Shown: positions 19,429-29,803 of the stretch, piece by piece
How positions within the stretch are numbered: the stretch's first letter is position 1
How the letters are laid out: the number at the start of each line of letters is the position of its first letter
IMG/VR virus record: IMGVR_UViG_3300025005_000002
Location: 64,001-128,000 of that record
Source of the DNA: a virus
Length of the DNA: 64,000 nt
Reading direction: 5' to 3' (one strand)
Made by a program: the position numbers and the translations under genes
The notes under the pieces: generated by a model
The model's input: only the letters and a program-made list of their open reading frames with translations
The model's database searches: none
What the model was told of the DNA's origin: nothing

Positions 19429-20078
19429 CCATAGATCCAAAATTGATAGAAGCTGCGATTCTTAATAAAAATATCGGGATCGATGGTATCTGTAAGTATA
19501 TTTTAGATGTTGCAGTCCTTAGAGTTAGAGGGATATGTTTTCCATCTTCGTTTGTTAATATACCAAAATTACGTAATTTTATAGAGGAAGCTAGCTACAA
19601 ACATGACTTTGAAATAATTGGTGTAGTTGGATACCCAAACGGTGATACATCTACTCTATCAAAACTCACAGAAATATCAGATCTCTGTGGATTTGCTAGT
19701 ACACTAGATATTGTATTAAATCCGGTATATATTCAGAGTGGAATGTGGCAATTTGTACGTGGGGAAATGATTGAGATGTTTTTATCAACGAATGCAAATA
19801 TACGGTGGATAATTGAAACACCAACATTGACAGACGAGCAAATTATAACTGTGACAAAATTAATATTAGAGACAGGTGGTAACATTAAAACGGCCACAGG
19901 GGTAAAAGGCAGCACAAAGCTTGATCATATAAAAATGATTCATAATGTTATTGTTGAGAGTGGTAAGCACATCGTATTAAAAGCAGCTAGTGGTATAAAA
20001 ACACCAGAAGTTGCTATGGCAGCACTATTTGTTGGAGCAGACATATTGGGTTGTAGTAACCCCATAGCGATTCTTTAA
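19425..20078 (+). CDS. deoC: Divergent deoxyribose-phosphate aldolase
   Basis: VVGYPNG, TLDIV (Asp), IIET, IKTATG (Schiff-base Lys), LKAASGIK and GADILGCS align with DERA motifs. Confidence 0.8.
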   Translation: MTIDPKLIEAAILNKNIGIDGICKYILDVAVLRVRGICFPSSFVNIPKLRNFIEEASYKHDFEIIGVVGYPNGDTSTLSKLTEISDLCGFASTLDIVLNPVYIQSGMWQFVRGEMIEMFLSTNANIRWIIETPTLTDEQIITVTKLILETGGNIKTATGVKGSTKLDHIKMIHNVIVESGKHIVLKAASGIKTPEVAMAALFVGADILGCSNPIAIL

Positions 20079-20115
20079 TTGATCCTGACATCTAGGTAGA
20101 AAAGGAGAATAGGGG

Positions 20116-20741
20116 ATGATTGTATTTGGAACCTTGTCCAAAAAGGTACAGGGTATTATAAGAAAATATTCATTATCCAAAAGAGCAGTAGACAAAGCAG
20201 AAGCGATAAACAAAAAGTGCAGAGAAGATTTGATAAAAGAGATATGTGAGAGTAAGGGACTCACATCAGAAACGATTTTTATGGGTGGAGAAGAAGATAT
20301 TGTTGAATTAGTAATAAAGGGTGCTCCACGTTCAGATACATCTTGGACTGGGGCGTGGAAAGAATTTGATAAATTATTTTACCCTTTGATAGAGAAGGAT
20401 GAGCGTTTATCTGCAGAATATTTACGGGTTAGGCGCACAGCAGAGATTAATAACAAAAAATCTCCGTATATGCGTTGGGAGATTAGACAAAAAGATGCAA
20501 GGGAGAATAATACTATTTAAAAGAACAGAGGTGGATAATGGATCGTAATCAAGTATTCAATGTTAAAATGAATGTGGACTTATTCGTTAAGGTTAAAGCA
20601 CAAGCTGGTAATGACGCAGAATATTCTGCTATGCAAATTATTATAGACAAATTACTTAAGTCCGGTGTGGTTTATAAAATTGATCCAAGAGTGATATCAT
20701 CAGAGTCCATTAGGGAGGAGATAGATGGCGTCAAACATTGA
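20116..20741 (+). other. Two hypothetical ORFs (20116-20520, 20538-20741)
   Basis: RBS-preceded ORFs. Confidence 0.6.
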
Positions 20742-22104
20742 TGCGTGTATTTTTTTACCTGGGCATATAGCCAACGGGGATGAAGAAATTAATATCCCGT
20801 TACTTGGTATGGAACAAATAGAGCGATTAATGGATTTATATAGAGACCGTCATTATGCACCATTCTTTCCATACATTGCGGAAGCCATTACACTAATTCG
20901 ATCTAAACACCAATGTGAAAGAACTCCATTAGTAAATAGGTGGATTGAAATATTGACTATTGGTGAACACAAGTATATTGATCATATATTGTGTATATTA
21001 TTATTAAAGTATGGGTGGGACATACCACAGAATATTTTTAAACGTTGCGTTCAGTATGCCAAGTTTATTATGTCTGAGTGTGGTGACGGTCATACTTCAT
21101 ATTATAGAGCAGATAGATTTATTGCTCAAAGGACAGTAGATGAGGCAGGTTTCGAAATGTCACGGATCTTGTATCAATTAGGGCAACCACATTGCATGGA
21201 TCATTTAGTCTATATAGCGGAATATTGTATTGGTGTAATAAGGTCGATCCCTAGACTAGATGTTGGTAATTTAATGGTTATGGTATCCAATACTGACGAC
21301 ATACCATCAAAGTTAAAATTGTATCATGAGTGTGTCAAAACACTCGTTAATATGTGTGTTATGTGTTCATATGTAGGGATAACAACAGATGTACCAGATT
21401 CAATATTAGAATCCAATATATTCAGAACATGTTTATTACAACAACCACTTGATTTATTGACTTATTTCTGCGGTGATATGTCAATAGCTAAACGATTTGA
21501 ATTAGGGATTGGTAGAAGGATTCCAGAATATGCCGATAAAAAAACTTTGGCTGTGCTTATGGAAAAGACGGCAACAAATCGAGCCCATAATACTGACCTG
21601 TCGTTAATTGGTATACCAGAAATGCATACCCAAAGTAAGTTGGGTATATACGGGAAGAGTGTGCTCGGCATGAATCCATCAGTTAGAGACTATACAGATA
21701 TTGCAAAAGGAATATGGATTGCACCACAGGCGTGGTATTGTGGAGGATTATCAATTGGTGATTCATTAACCCCCACAAATAAACATTTAATATATAAATC
21801 ACTTGTGGGTATTTGGCGTATGCATGCTGGTAATTATACACATACACCGATTGGGTATATAGCGGAAGTAGCAAAACGTTTAGATGCTAATACAGATGAT
21901 ATATTAGGGGCATCATTTACAATTAGGATGTCAAATATTGCTTGGGCAATAAAAGACATGCCAGAATTGTACGATATGGGTATGAAGATTGGCCCACTTA
22001 CAGTAAATATGATTAATATATACGCTATCAAGCATGCAAAACAATCTCAGTCAATCACTGGACTACAAAAAATGGTGGAGGTCATTAATAATGGCGACAA
22101 ATAA
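20725..22104 (+). CDS. Hypothetical protein (459 aa)
   Basis: Long coupled ORF; no family recognised. Confidence 0.75.
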   Translation: MASNIDACIFLPGHIANGDEEINIPLLGMEQIERLMDLYRDRHYAPFFPYIAEAITLIRSKHQCERTPLVNRWIEILTIGEHKYIDHILCILLLKYGWDIPQNIFKRCVQYAKFIMSECGDGHTSYYRADRFIAQRTVDEAGFEMSRILYQLGQPHCMDHLVYIAEYCIGVIRSIPRLDVGNLMVMVSNTDDIPSKLKLYHECVKTLVNMCVMCSYVGITTDVPDSILESNIFRTCLLQQPLDLLTYFCGDMSIAKRFELGIGRRIPEYADKKTLAVLMEKTATNRAHNTDLSLIGIPEMHTQSKLGIYGKSVLGMNPSVRDYTDIAKGIWIAPQAWYCGGLSIGDSLTPTNKHLIYKSLVGIWRMHAGNYTHTPIGYIAEVAKRLDANTDDILGASFTIRMSNIAWAIKDMPELYDMGMKIGPLTVNMINIYAIKHAKQSQSITGLQKMVEVINNGDK

Positions 22105-22471
22105 AAAATCACCAGATCCAGTTGCAGAGATTAAACGCACATTACCAGAGATAGCACCATGGGTAATGTTAGCTGCAAATATGATTGCGGCTACGGCAGT
22201 ACTTTTCGCGCATTATAAGAAAAAGACTGATGAGGCCTTTATGGTCCCATACACACACGTACACTATATAGATAAAGAAAGTAAACATATTTGTGGCGAC
22301 AAATATATTAACAAACAACATATATGTGACGGCAGATTCTTACTTGTTCGGGCCGAAAAACCAACATTAGACGAATTTCTAAAACTAGGATTAACGAATG
22401 AACAATGGGATGCTACACAAAAAGTACTGAAGCAATTTCAGTGCGAGGGCCCCGATGAAAAAGGAACTTGA
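22091..22471 (+). CDS. Hypothetical protein
   Basis: ggagg RBS before ATG 22091. Confidence 0.6.
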   Translation: MATNKKSPDPVAEIKRTLPEIAPWVMLAANMIAATAVLFAHYKKKTDEAFMVPYTHVHYIDKESKHICGDKYINKQHICDGRFLLVRAEKPTLDEFLKLGLTNEQWDATQKVLKQFQCEGPDEKGT

Positions 22472-23549
22472 TAATTTTTTATTACAAGTGGCACAAAGTT
22501 TATCCAGATATAACATCCACAAAGATTTAAAAATTTTATTGACAGATATAAATGCCCTATATACCACCATAGAACATATTAGGGATACTGAAAATATCTA
22601 TATAGGGCCATTTCATTCACAGATTGTATATAGGTATACACTCTCTAGTCCATTTTTTATAATTATGGATGCACTGGCAAATAATGAAATGAGGATTTAT
22701 GAAAATCCTTTATATGTTGAGGATTTAATGTCTGCAAGTTTTAAATTAATGCGTAATAGAGAGGCTATTGGGTTAGTGTTATGTTTGGGATTTTTATTGG
22801 GAGAGAAAGTATTTACTCACGAAGGATTAATGTATAGATTACAACATATTGATGATGCTGGATTACTCCATATTGCTGATTATGGTGAACCGATATTTGG
22901 GATTAAAACACTGAGTATTACTGAACACATTGGGCCAATGTTAAGGAGGGTGTTTGAATTATTAAACTTAGCCCCAAATGTGGAACATAGTGAGTATCAT
23001 AGGGCGTATGGTGTGGCAGACATTTTTATAGATGTCCACGCAGACGTAGGATTACCTGTTAAAATACCACTGGATTTTGCATTTTATCCTTCAATCAAGA
23101 AAGCCTATTTGCGTTATATTATGCATCATCCAGAAGATAGTAGATATTTAGATGCGTTTATTAATATAAGGAATAATGCTGATAGGTCTATGAAACAAGC
23201 CTTGTATTATTTTGCGCATACAATTGGTGGGGTGTATACACCACCAAAGGGGGTATTCTCAACACCGTTATCCAAATGGTACGACAGGGAAATCAATGAA
23301 AAGCAGTTAGATGAAATTTTTGATGATATTATTAAAAATGAAAGGAGAACTTTTGAAGAACTGGTACAACTTGGTATTGGAATATCATTAGAAGCGAACC
23401 TAAGATTAACTAAAAAGAGATTTGCAAAGATACAAAAATTAGTAGAAAGTCACTATATAAAAGAGTATAAAGAATTAGCTGGGCCATTCTTGATTAAGGA
23501 TTCATCAATGTTAAGTATCAAAATATTACGGAGGCAGATCAATGACTAA
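22455..23549 (+). CDS. Hypothetical protein (364 aa)
   Basis: Long coupled ORF. Confidence 0.75.
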   Translation: MKKELDNFLLQVAQSLSRYNIHKDLKILLTDINALYTTIEHIRDTENIYIGPFHSQIVYRYTLSSPFFIIMDALANNEMRIYENPLYVEDLMSASFKLMRNREAIGLVLCLGFLLGEKVFTHEGLMYRLQHIDDAGLLHIADYGEPIFGIKTLSITEHIGPMLRRVFELLNLAPNVEHSEYHRAYGVADIFIDVHADVGLPVKIPLDFAFYPSIKKAYLRYIMHHPEDSRYLDAFINIRNNADRSMKQALYYFAHTIGGVYTPPKGVFSTPLSKWYDREINEKQLDEIFDDIIKNERRTFEELVQLGIGISLEANLRLTKKRFAKIQKLVESHYIKEYKELAGPFLIKDSSMLSIKILRRQIND

Positions 23550-24762
23550 TGTTGATATTGCCCTATTAACGGGCCATGATTTGAGGAATGACAATATTAG
23601 ATTAATGCGACTAATAGGTACTAACGATAAAACCGCACCACACCCACAATTATTGACATTGTTTGAACACTACAAATTTTTATTAACCTCTGATTGCCCA
23701 CCAAAGGATGATATATTATACAAGGCTTCTATGGCATATGCATATAGTACGTTTTTTAAATTATATGGTGAGCGTATAATATATAGAGAGCCAGTAAATC
23801 TCCATATTAGTACTAATGAGACGTTTTTTAAGAAATATTTATTACAAGTGGACCCGTTATTAATTGCATTATCATTTAATAGTATCGCATATTTGTGGTT
23901 TTGTACCGAGGAATATAGTTTGGTTAAACGTGTAGTTAAAAGGCTTATATATTTATCTTCAGTATGGGAAGAATTTCTTGGTGATGGAGCATATAGGCAG
24001 TCAATAACGGTATGTACAAATTCTGGGGATGAAGTTTTGGAGTCTCACTGGGTTAAGTATATGCCATCATTTAATATTATGAGTACAAGGGATAATGGTA
24101 TTGATTTAAGAATCTATAGATTATTACCACCAGGGTTTAATAAGTGCATAATAGACGTATTTACAGCGTTTAATTTATTTAAACGTGATTATAGTGCATA
24201 TAATACCATCCCAGATGATATTAATTGGAGTGTCTTTGTTAAGATTTGTCTTAATGCTGACAAGTCAATCCAACGATTAATAGACACGATCAAAAAGATC
24301 GAATCAGTATTTTTTGATCCAGAATTCATGTTTGATGGATTAAAATGGCAATGTACACACGAAGAATTAAAGACTTTATTGAGGTCTGATCAGCGTGGGT
24401 TTAATAATGCCAATGTTTGGTTATTGCTTTGTTATTTAAATCGCCGTGGTCAATTTATAATTAATTTTGGTAATGTACCACCACAACACACAAAACATAA
24501 TTGGAGTACATCAGACATTATACTTGGTCAGGCAATGTTTGCCTATTGTGTATACCATAATCCTGATAGTATAATGTCTTTTTTGCATACGATTCAATTT
24601 AAACGTAATCGGAAACATTTTGATGAGAAGATCATGATTAAATTGATACAGAAATATAGAGAGTTTGGGTTGACATTAGACCCAAAGAAATTGGGGATTA
24701 AACGTGGAGTATTAATTAATCTCTTATCGGCTGGATTTGGTGATATATTCTGTGTGTCATGA
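23542..24762 (+). CDS. Hypothetical protein (406 aa)
   Basis: Long coupled ORF; weak C-terminal similarity to 18424-19428. Confidence 0.75.
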   Translation: MTNVDIALLTGHDLRNDNIRLMRLIGTNDKTAPHPQLLTLFEHYKFLLTSDCPPKDDILYKASMAYAYSTFFKLYGERIIYREPVNLHISTNETFFKKYLLQVDPLLIALSFNSIAYLWFCTEEYSLVKRVVKRLIYLSSVWEEFLGDGAYRQSITVCTNSGDEVLESHWVKYMPSFNIMSTRDNGIDLRIYRLLPPGFNKCIIDVFTAFNLFKRDYSAYNTIPDDINWSVFVKICLNADKSIQRLIDTIKKIESVFFDPEFMFDGLKWQCTHEELKTLLRSDQRGFNNANVWLLLCYLNRRGQFIINFGNVPPQHTKHNWSTSDIILGQAMFAYCVYHNPDSIMSFLHTIQFKRNRKHFDEKIMIKLIQKYREFGLTLDPKKLGIKRGVLINLLSAGFGDIFCVS

Positions 24763-25338
24763 TAAAATGTAAAGCACTTGCAGAGGTTCATGATTTATTA
24801 CATCAGGTATGTGATTTATTACCACCAGATACTTCAGATTTTATATGGCACCGCACATGGAGTTTGCAATCAATTATTGGTGCTATAGTTAATAAAGATA
24901 TATGGTCGAGATTTCCAGATTTCCATGAAGGGTATGAAGGGGAGGTGATATGATTGAAATTTTTCTGTTTTTATTGTAAAATTATATGTGAAACCGAAAA
25001 ATGTGAATCATGTGGACATAGTGCAAAGGAATATAAAAATATTATATCATTAACACCATTACGCAGACATAAAACACCAGGTGTACCAATGATACAAAAG
25101 GAGGAGGTAGAAAATATACGTGATGGCCCAATTATAGGTGTGTCAGCTGTTATCAAATTTCATGGAAATGGGTTAATCCCAAAAGAAACCCTTATAGTAT
25201 TTTACCCAAGTGGTATTAATGCACTTAATTACCCGATTTTGTTAGAATTTATAGCATTAGAGTATGATGTATGCGTTATGTATTATGATAGCTCGTCCAG
25301 CCAATACTTTTGATACCCACATCCTAGGAGGATAGTCT

Positions 25339-27540
25339 ATGCCAACGATTGGTAAGGTAAAAGAGTTAATTAAAACAGTAATCATAAATTCACCACATGT
25401 TTCTATAGGTTTGTGGGGTCCGCCAGGAGTTGGAAAATGTATAGAACAAGATTCATTAATTCTCGATGCCACCACTGGAGAATTGATATCGATTAAGGAT
25501 TTTGACATTACTCATCAAGTGATAGCATTTGTAAATGGAGATATGGTACGCGTGACCCCGACTAATAAGTTTAAACAGGGAATGCAGGAAGTTTATCGTT
25601 TGCGTACTCAAACTGGTAGGGAAATACTCGCTACGGCAAATCACCCATTCCTCGTGTTAACACAAGGTGCAAAAGGTAAGTTTACTGATTTGATGTGGAA
25701 AGAGCTTACTAATTTAGATATAGGTATGGATGTTATTGCTACAGCCAACAATATACCTGTATTTGGTAGCGAAGAAGCATCAGATGATATATTGAAATTA
25801 ATAGGGTATTTGTTGGGGAATGGGTATATGAATAAACTTCCAGCTACTATATCATTCACATCAACTGATGTTGAACAATTGGCCGAATTTACTGTAATCG
25901 CCAATAATCTTGGTATGGCAGTACGGCACGATGAACGCCCCACTAAAACTATGGGGATTCCTGTTGGTATGTTAAGACTAAAAAATAAGACATTCACATG
26001 GTCTGGTTTGGGCAGTGATGTGGTGAGGTTATTGGAAGAATATGATGTTAAATTTTCTAGGGCTGGGGAGAAGGAAATTCCAGCATTTGTATTTAGACAG
26101 ACCAAGAAGAAGGTTGCATTATTTTTAAACCGTTTATTTTCAACAGATGGATGTGTAGAGATATATAAGGCTATCCATAAATACACTGGTCCAATGGTAA
26201 CAGGCAAGATATCATACAGTTCTAAGTCAAAGAAAATGATATATCAGATCCAACATCTGTTGGACAGATTTGGTATTACATCATATATGAGATGCAAAGA
26301 AGTGAAACAATATGCCCCATATTATGAACTTCAGATCATGGATACTCAATCTATTTGTGCATTCAACGAGATTGGGTTTTATGGAGTGAAAGCTACAAAA
26401 TTTGCTGAAGTATTAAAAGCAACAAAGGCTTCAGCCAAAATCTCTCATCGTACTGGTAATGGGGTATATAGATTTGGGATATTATTTGACAAGGTGGTAC
26501 ATATTGAAAGCCTTGGAGAACGTATGACATATGATTTAGAGATTCCAGTTGCACATAATTTTATTGCTAGTGGGTTGGTTGTACATAATTCGTCGATTAT
26601 AGCTCAAATTGCTAAAGAGCAAAAAATGAAATTTGTAGATATCCGGCTGGCTCAATTTGAACCATCTGAGATACGTGGCATTCCGCAGGTGTCTGGGGGG
26701 GTGACCAAGTGGGCCCGTGCAGATTTTTTACCTAGCATTAATGAACCTACAATATTAATGTTTGATGAATTTTCATGTGCAGAACCATCAGTACAGAATG
26801 CGGCTCTACGTATTGTATTGGATAGGAGCCTAGATAATTGGGAAGCCCCACCCCAGTGCCGTATTATTTTGGCCGGTAATAGGAGAGAAGATTTTGCCTA
26901 TATTAACGAACCATCAGTACCGTTCAAAACACGATTAGTAAACTTTATAGTTCAAGAGAACCTACAGGATTGGAAGATATATGCAAAGGAAATTGGGTGT
27001 GCTACTCAGATTATATCATTTTTGGATTACCAACCGGACCTGCTCTTAAAGTTAATGCCAGACCAATACGCATCTCCAACACCTCGTACGTGGATTATGT
27101 TATCAGATGTGCTCACTGGTGCGTTGGGTGATAAATGGATGAACGTTGATAAACGTTCTCTTCTGACGGTCAATGATCTTGCGTATGCATGTGTTGGTGA
27201 GGGTGCTGCTGTCAGTTTTGTAGCATACTTTGAGACATTTGCCAAGGTAGATGTGAAGGCCATTGTGGAAGATGGTAAAATACCCGATAGTTTTAAGAGT
27301 ATGGAACTATCAAGCCAATATGCCACAGTATATGCAGTTTTGCATTATGCCAATAAGCAGACCATGTCTCATAAGATTGCCAAGAATCTAGTTATGTTCC
27401 TTGAAGCCATACCTCCTGAATTTCAAATGAAGTTTATTGTTGATATTAAATCCACATTCTTGGATAAGGTGGTAGAGATTCAAGAAGAGAAATTTAAGCC
27501 CATCATCAAGAAAATTATGAGTTTGCTTCAACAGAAATAA
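25339..27540 (+). CDS. MoxR-like AAA+ ATPase interrupted by an intein
   Basis: Walker A GPPGVGK|S split by the intein; VDIRLAQ, Walker B LMFDEF, LAGNR, PFKTRL and PTPRTW motifs. Confidence 0.9.
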   Translation: MPTIGKVKELIKTVIINSPHVSIGLWGPPGVGKCIEQDSLILDATTGELISIKDFDITHQVIAFVNGDMVRVTPTNKFKQGMQEVYRLRTQTGREILATANHPFLVLTQGAKGKFTDLMWKELTNLDIGMDVIATANNIPVFGSEEASDDILKLIGYLLGNGYMNKLPATISFTSTDVEQLAEFTVIANNLGMAVRHDERPTKTMGIPVGMLRLKNKTFTWSGLGSDVVRLLEEYDVKFSRAGEKEIPAFVFRQTKKKVALFLNRLFSTDGCVEIYKAIHKYTGPMVTGKISYSSKSKKMIYQIQHLLDRFGITSYMRCKEVKQYAPYYELQIMDTQSICAFNEIGFYGVKATKFAEVLKATKASAKISHRTGNGVYRFGILFDKVVHIESLGERMTYDLEIPVAHNFIASGLVVHNSSIIAQIAKEQKMKFVDIRLAQFEPSEIRGIPQVSGGVTKWARADFLPSINEPTILMFDEFSCAEPSVQNAALRIVLDRSLDNWEAPPQCRIILAGNRREDFAYINEPSVPFKTRLVNFIVQENLQDWKIYAKEIGCATQIISFLDYQPDLLLKLMPDQYASPTPRTWIMLSDVLTGALGDKWMNVDKRSLLTVNDLAYACVGEGAAVSFVAYFETFAKVDVKAIVEDGKIPDSFKSMELSSQYATVYAVLHYANKQTMSHKIAKNLVMFLEAIPPEFQMKFIVDIKSTFLDKVVEIQEEKFKPIIKKIMSLLQQK
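25438..26589 (+). mobile_element. Intein (384 aa) with LAGLIDADG homing endonuclease
   Basis: Starts with Cys (CIEQDS), TANHPF block B, LIGYLLGNG and FLNRLFSTDG LAGLIDADG blocks, ends YDLEI...VVHN before a +1 Ser. Confidence 0.95.
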
Positions 27541-27555
27541 TAACTGGGAGGATAT

Positions 27556-28797
27556 ATGGCAGTGACTGATTCTAGCGAGATGATGAGTGCAGCTAAAATA
27601 CAGTTGCTCAGAGATCATCCATTCTGGGCAACTATCCTTTTGTCTCTACCGGTTGTAGAAACGGAAAGTGTACCTATTATGGGAACTGATGGATATAATC
27701 TGTATTGGAATACAGACGGGGTAAAGTTATTGGGATCTATTGAGAACATTAAATTTGCATTGTGTCACGAAATTGTACACGTTATTATGGACCATATGCA
27801 ACGTGGTGTAAATAAAGATAAGAGATTATTCAATATCGCAGCTGATATTGTAGATAACCATCTCCTTGAGAGAAATAGTATAGCGTTTAATCAAAGAGAT
27901 ACAGAGATTTCATTGTGGAACGCGGCTGCATTAGCAAAAATCCAGTCTATGAAGGATATAAAACTTGATGAAGTAGTTGCTGAGGAAATATATAGGATTT
28001 TATTAGAAAAAGCAAAGAAAGTGAAATGTAATTGTAATAGTGGTGGTAGTGGTGGTGATAGGGATGGAAATGGTAGTAATGGTGAGAATGAAGATTGCCC
28101 TGTTCATGGTGATCCATCGGGGTTTGATACACATGTGCAAAGACCACGGGAAGATCACGAAAATACAAAAGTAAAACATGCCATCGTTAAGGCTGCGCAG
28201 ACAGCACAAGCATCTGGACAAGGTAAACTCCCTGCTGGTCTTGATCGATTAATTAAGGATATTCTTGAACCACAAGTAGATTGGTGGGTGAAGCTTAAGA
28301 ATCTCATGGAGTCTAAGTGTCGTGGATATCAACGCACAAGATTATACCCATCTAAAAAATCCCATGCTCTTGGGTTTTTTATGCCATCATCTTATGGAAC
28401 ACAGGTTGGGGATATTGTTGCGGCAATTGATACTAGTGGATCAATTGGGGATGAAACTTTACGTAGATTTCTTGCCGAATTGATGAGTATGTCACATCTA
28501 TCTAAACGTACATATATTATGACATGTGATGCTGATGTCCATGAATTTATTGAGGCCAATTCATTGAACGTGTGGCAGATCCCAAGTAGACTTAGGTTTA
28601 AAGGAGGCGGTGGTACTGATTTTAGACCAATATTTAAGCGTGTAGCAAAGGAACGGATTAAGCCAAAGGTATTGGTATATCTTACTGATACCTATGGGAC
28701 CTTTCCAACCAAGAAGCCAGATTATCCAGTATTGTGGGTAGTCGTGGGTGGATCGAAGGCAGTACCATGGGGGGAACTTATCCCCATTAAGGGATAA
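27556..28797 (+). CDS. DUF2201-type HExxH metallopeptidase-like + vWA domain protein (MoxR partner)
   Basis: MGTDG, HEIVH, MIDAS AIDTSGS, GGGGTDF and YLTD; directly downstream of the AAA+ gene. Confidence 0.9.
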   Translation: MAVTDSSEMMSAAKIQLLRDHPFWATILLSLPVVETESVPIMGTDGYNLYWNTDGVKLLGSIENIKFALCHEIVHVIMDHMQRGVNKDKRLFNIAADIVDNHLLERNSIAFNQRDTEISLWNAAALAKIQSMKDIKLDEVVAEEIYRILLEKAKKVKCNCNSGGSGGDRDGNGSNGENEDCPVHGDPSGFDTHVQRPREDHENTKVKHAIVKAAQTAQASGQGKLPAGLDRLIKDILEPQVDWWVKLKNLMESKCRGYQRTRLYPSKKSHALGFFMPSSYGTQVGDIVAAIDTSGSIGDETLRRFLAELMSMSHLSKRTYIMTCDADVHEFIEANSLNVWQIPSRLRFKGGGGTDFRPIFKRVAKERIKPKVLVYLTDTYGTFPTKKPDYPVLWVVVGGSKAVPWGELIPIKG

Positions 28798-28799
28798 AC

Positions 28800-29135
28800 A
28801 TGGGGCAGAATAACTATGCGGTTTATATGTTAGCTGGTGAGCCAAATGTATTTGTGTATACATCAACTAAGCGTCAAAATACCTTGGCACTTTTAGAGGA
28901 TTTAGGGTTTAAACATCAATATACTGCATATACTTATGGGTGGTCATGTACGGCTGGATGCCTATATAGTGTACCACAATATTTTAATATGTCGGATACA
29001 GCAAAAAGTAGAATGGTAAGGTTGGTCAGAATTAATAATGGTACAGATATTAAAATAAGAGAAATTTATAAGGCGATTATGGATACCAAAGTAAAGGTTG
29101 GGAATAGGTGGTGGGAATACTATATCCATGAATAA
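28800..29135 (+). CDS. Hypothetical protein, LGF-motif paralog 1
   Basis: LLEDLGF...RMVRLVRINNGTD shared with 29147 and 31378. Confidence 0.65.
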   Translation: MGQNNYAVYMLAGEPNVFVYTSTKRQNTLALLEDLGFKHQYTAYTYGWSCTAGCLYSVPQYFNMSDTAKSRMVRLVRINNGTDIKIREIYKAIMDTKVKVGNRWWEYYIHE

Positions 29136-29146
29136 GAAAATGGAGG

Positions 29147-29803
29147 GTGTATATGCTGAAAGTGTGGTTAGGTAAGGATGGTGGGAGTATCATAGTATCA
29201 AAATCAGACCCACAACACGAGATGATGAATGCATTGGGGTTTAAATTTGTTACTGGGTTTAAATATGGTAGTATGGATCGTCTTGAACCTGGTGATTTTA
29301 TTATCTATAGGGCAGCAGATTATTTGGGTAATGATTCTATTTACCGATGTATGCGCATAAATGACAATACAGATACTAAATATATTGCCCTTAGAAAAGA
29401 CAAGTATTTTCGTTCTAAGGTTAGACAGCAGAATAAAATTATTTTGTCTATGAATGAGGTAATATCTGTTTCAACAGAGGATAGGGGATTATTGGCTTGT
29501 GCAGCGTGTAAACGCATATTTAGACTTGGGAATTTTAATCAGTATTTGCCAACAATTATTATTGACGATGCACCAACTGGAGCAAAATTGGAATGGGAAT
29601 ATAAAAATATAGCGTGTTGCGATAAGCATTACGCTATTGGAACTGATCCACATAATAAGGGTAATTGGCTTGCATTTTGTGTTGATAATCAAGTATTTAA
29701 ATGGGGATATAAGCCAGGAGAAGCAGCCAATGATAACGAGAAATTGATAGTTGGTTATCTTGTTGGGAGAAAGGAGGCTAAAAAAGTCAGGAGAGAAAAA
29801 TGA
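29147..29803 (+). CDS. Hypothetical protein, LGF-motif paralog 2
   Basis: MMNALGF...YRCMRINDNTD; ggaggg RBS + GTG. Confidence 0.65.
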   Translation: MYMLKVWLGKDGGSIIVSKSDPQHEMMNALGFKFVTGFKYGSMDRLEPGDFIIYRAADYLGNDSIYRCMRINDNTDTKYIALRKDKYFRSKVRQQNKIILSMNEVISVSTEDRGLLACAACKRIFRLGNFNQYLPTIIIDDAPTGAKLEWEYKNIACCDKHYAIGTDPHNKGNWLAFCVDNQVFKWGYKPGEAANDNEKLIVGYLVGRKEAKKVRREK

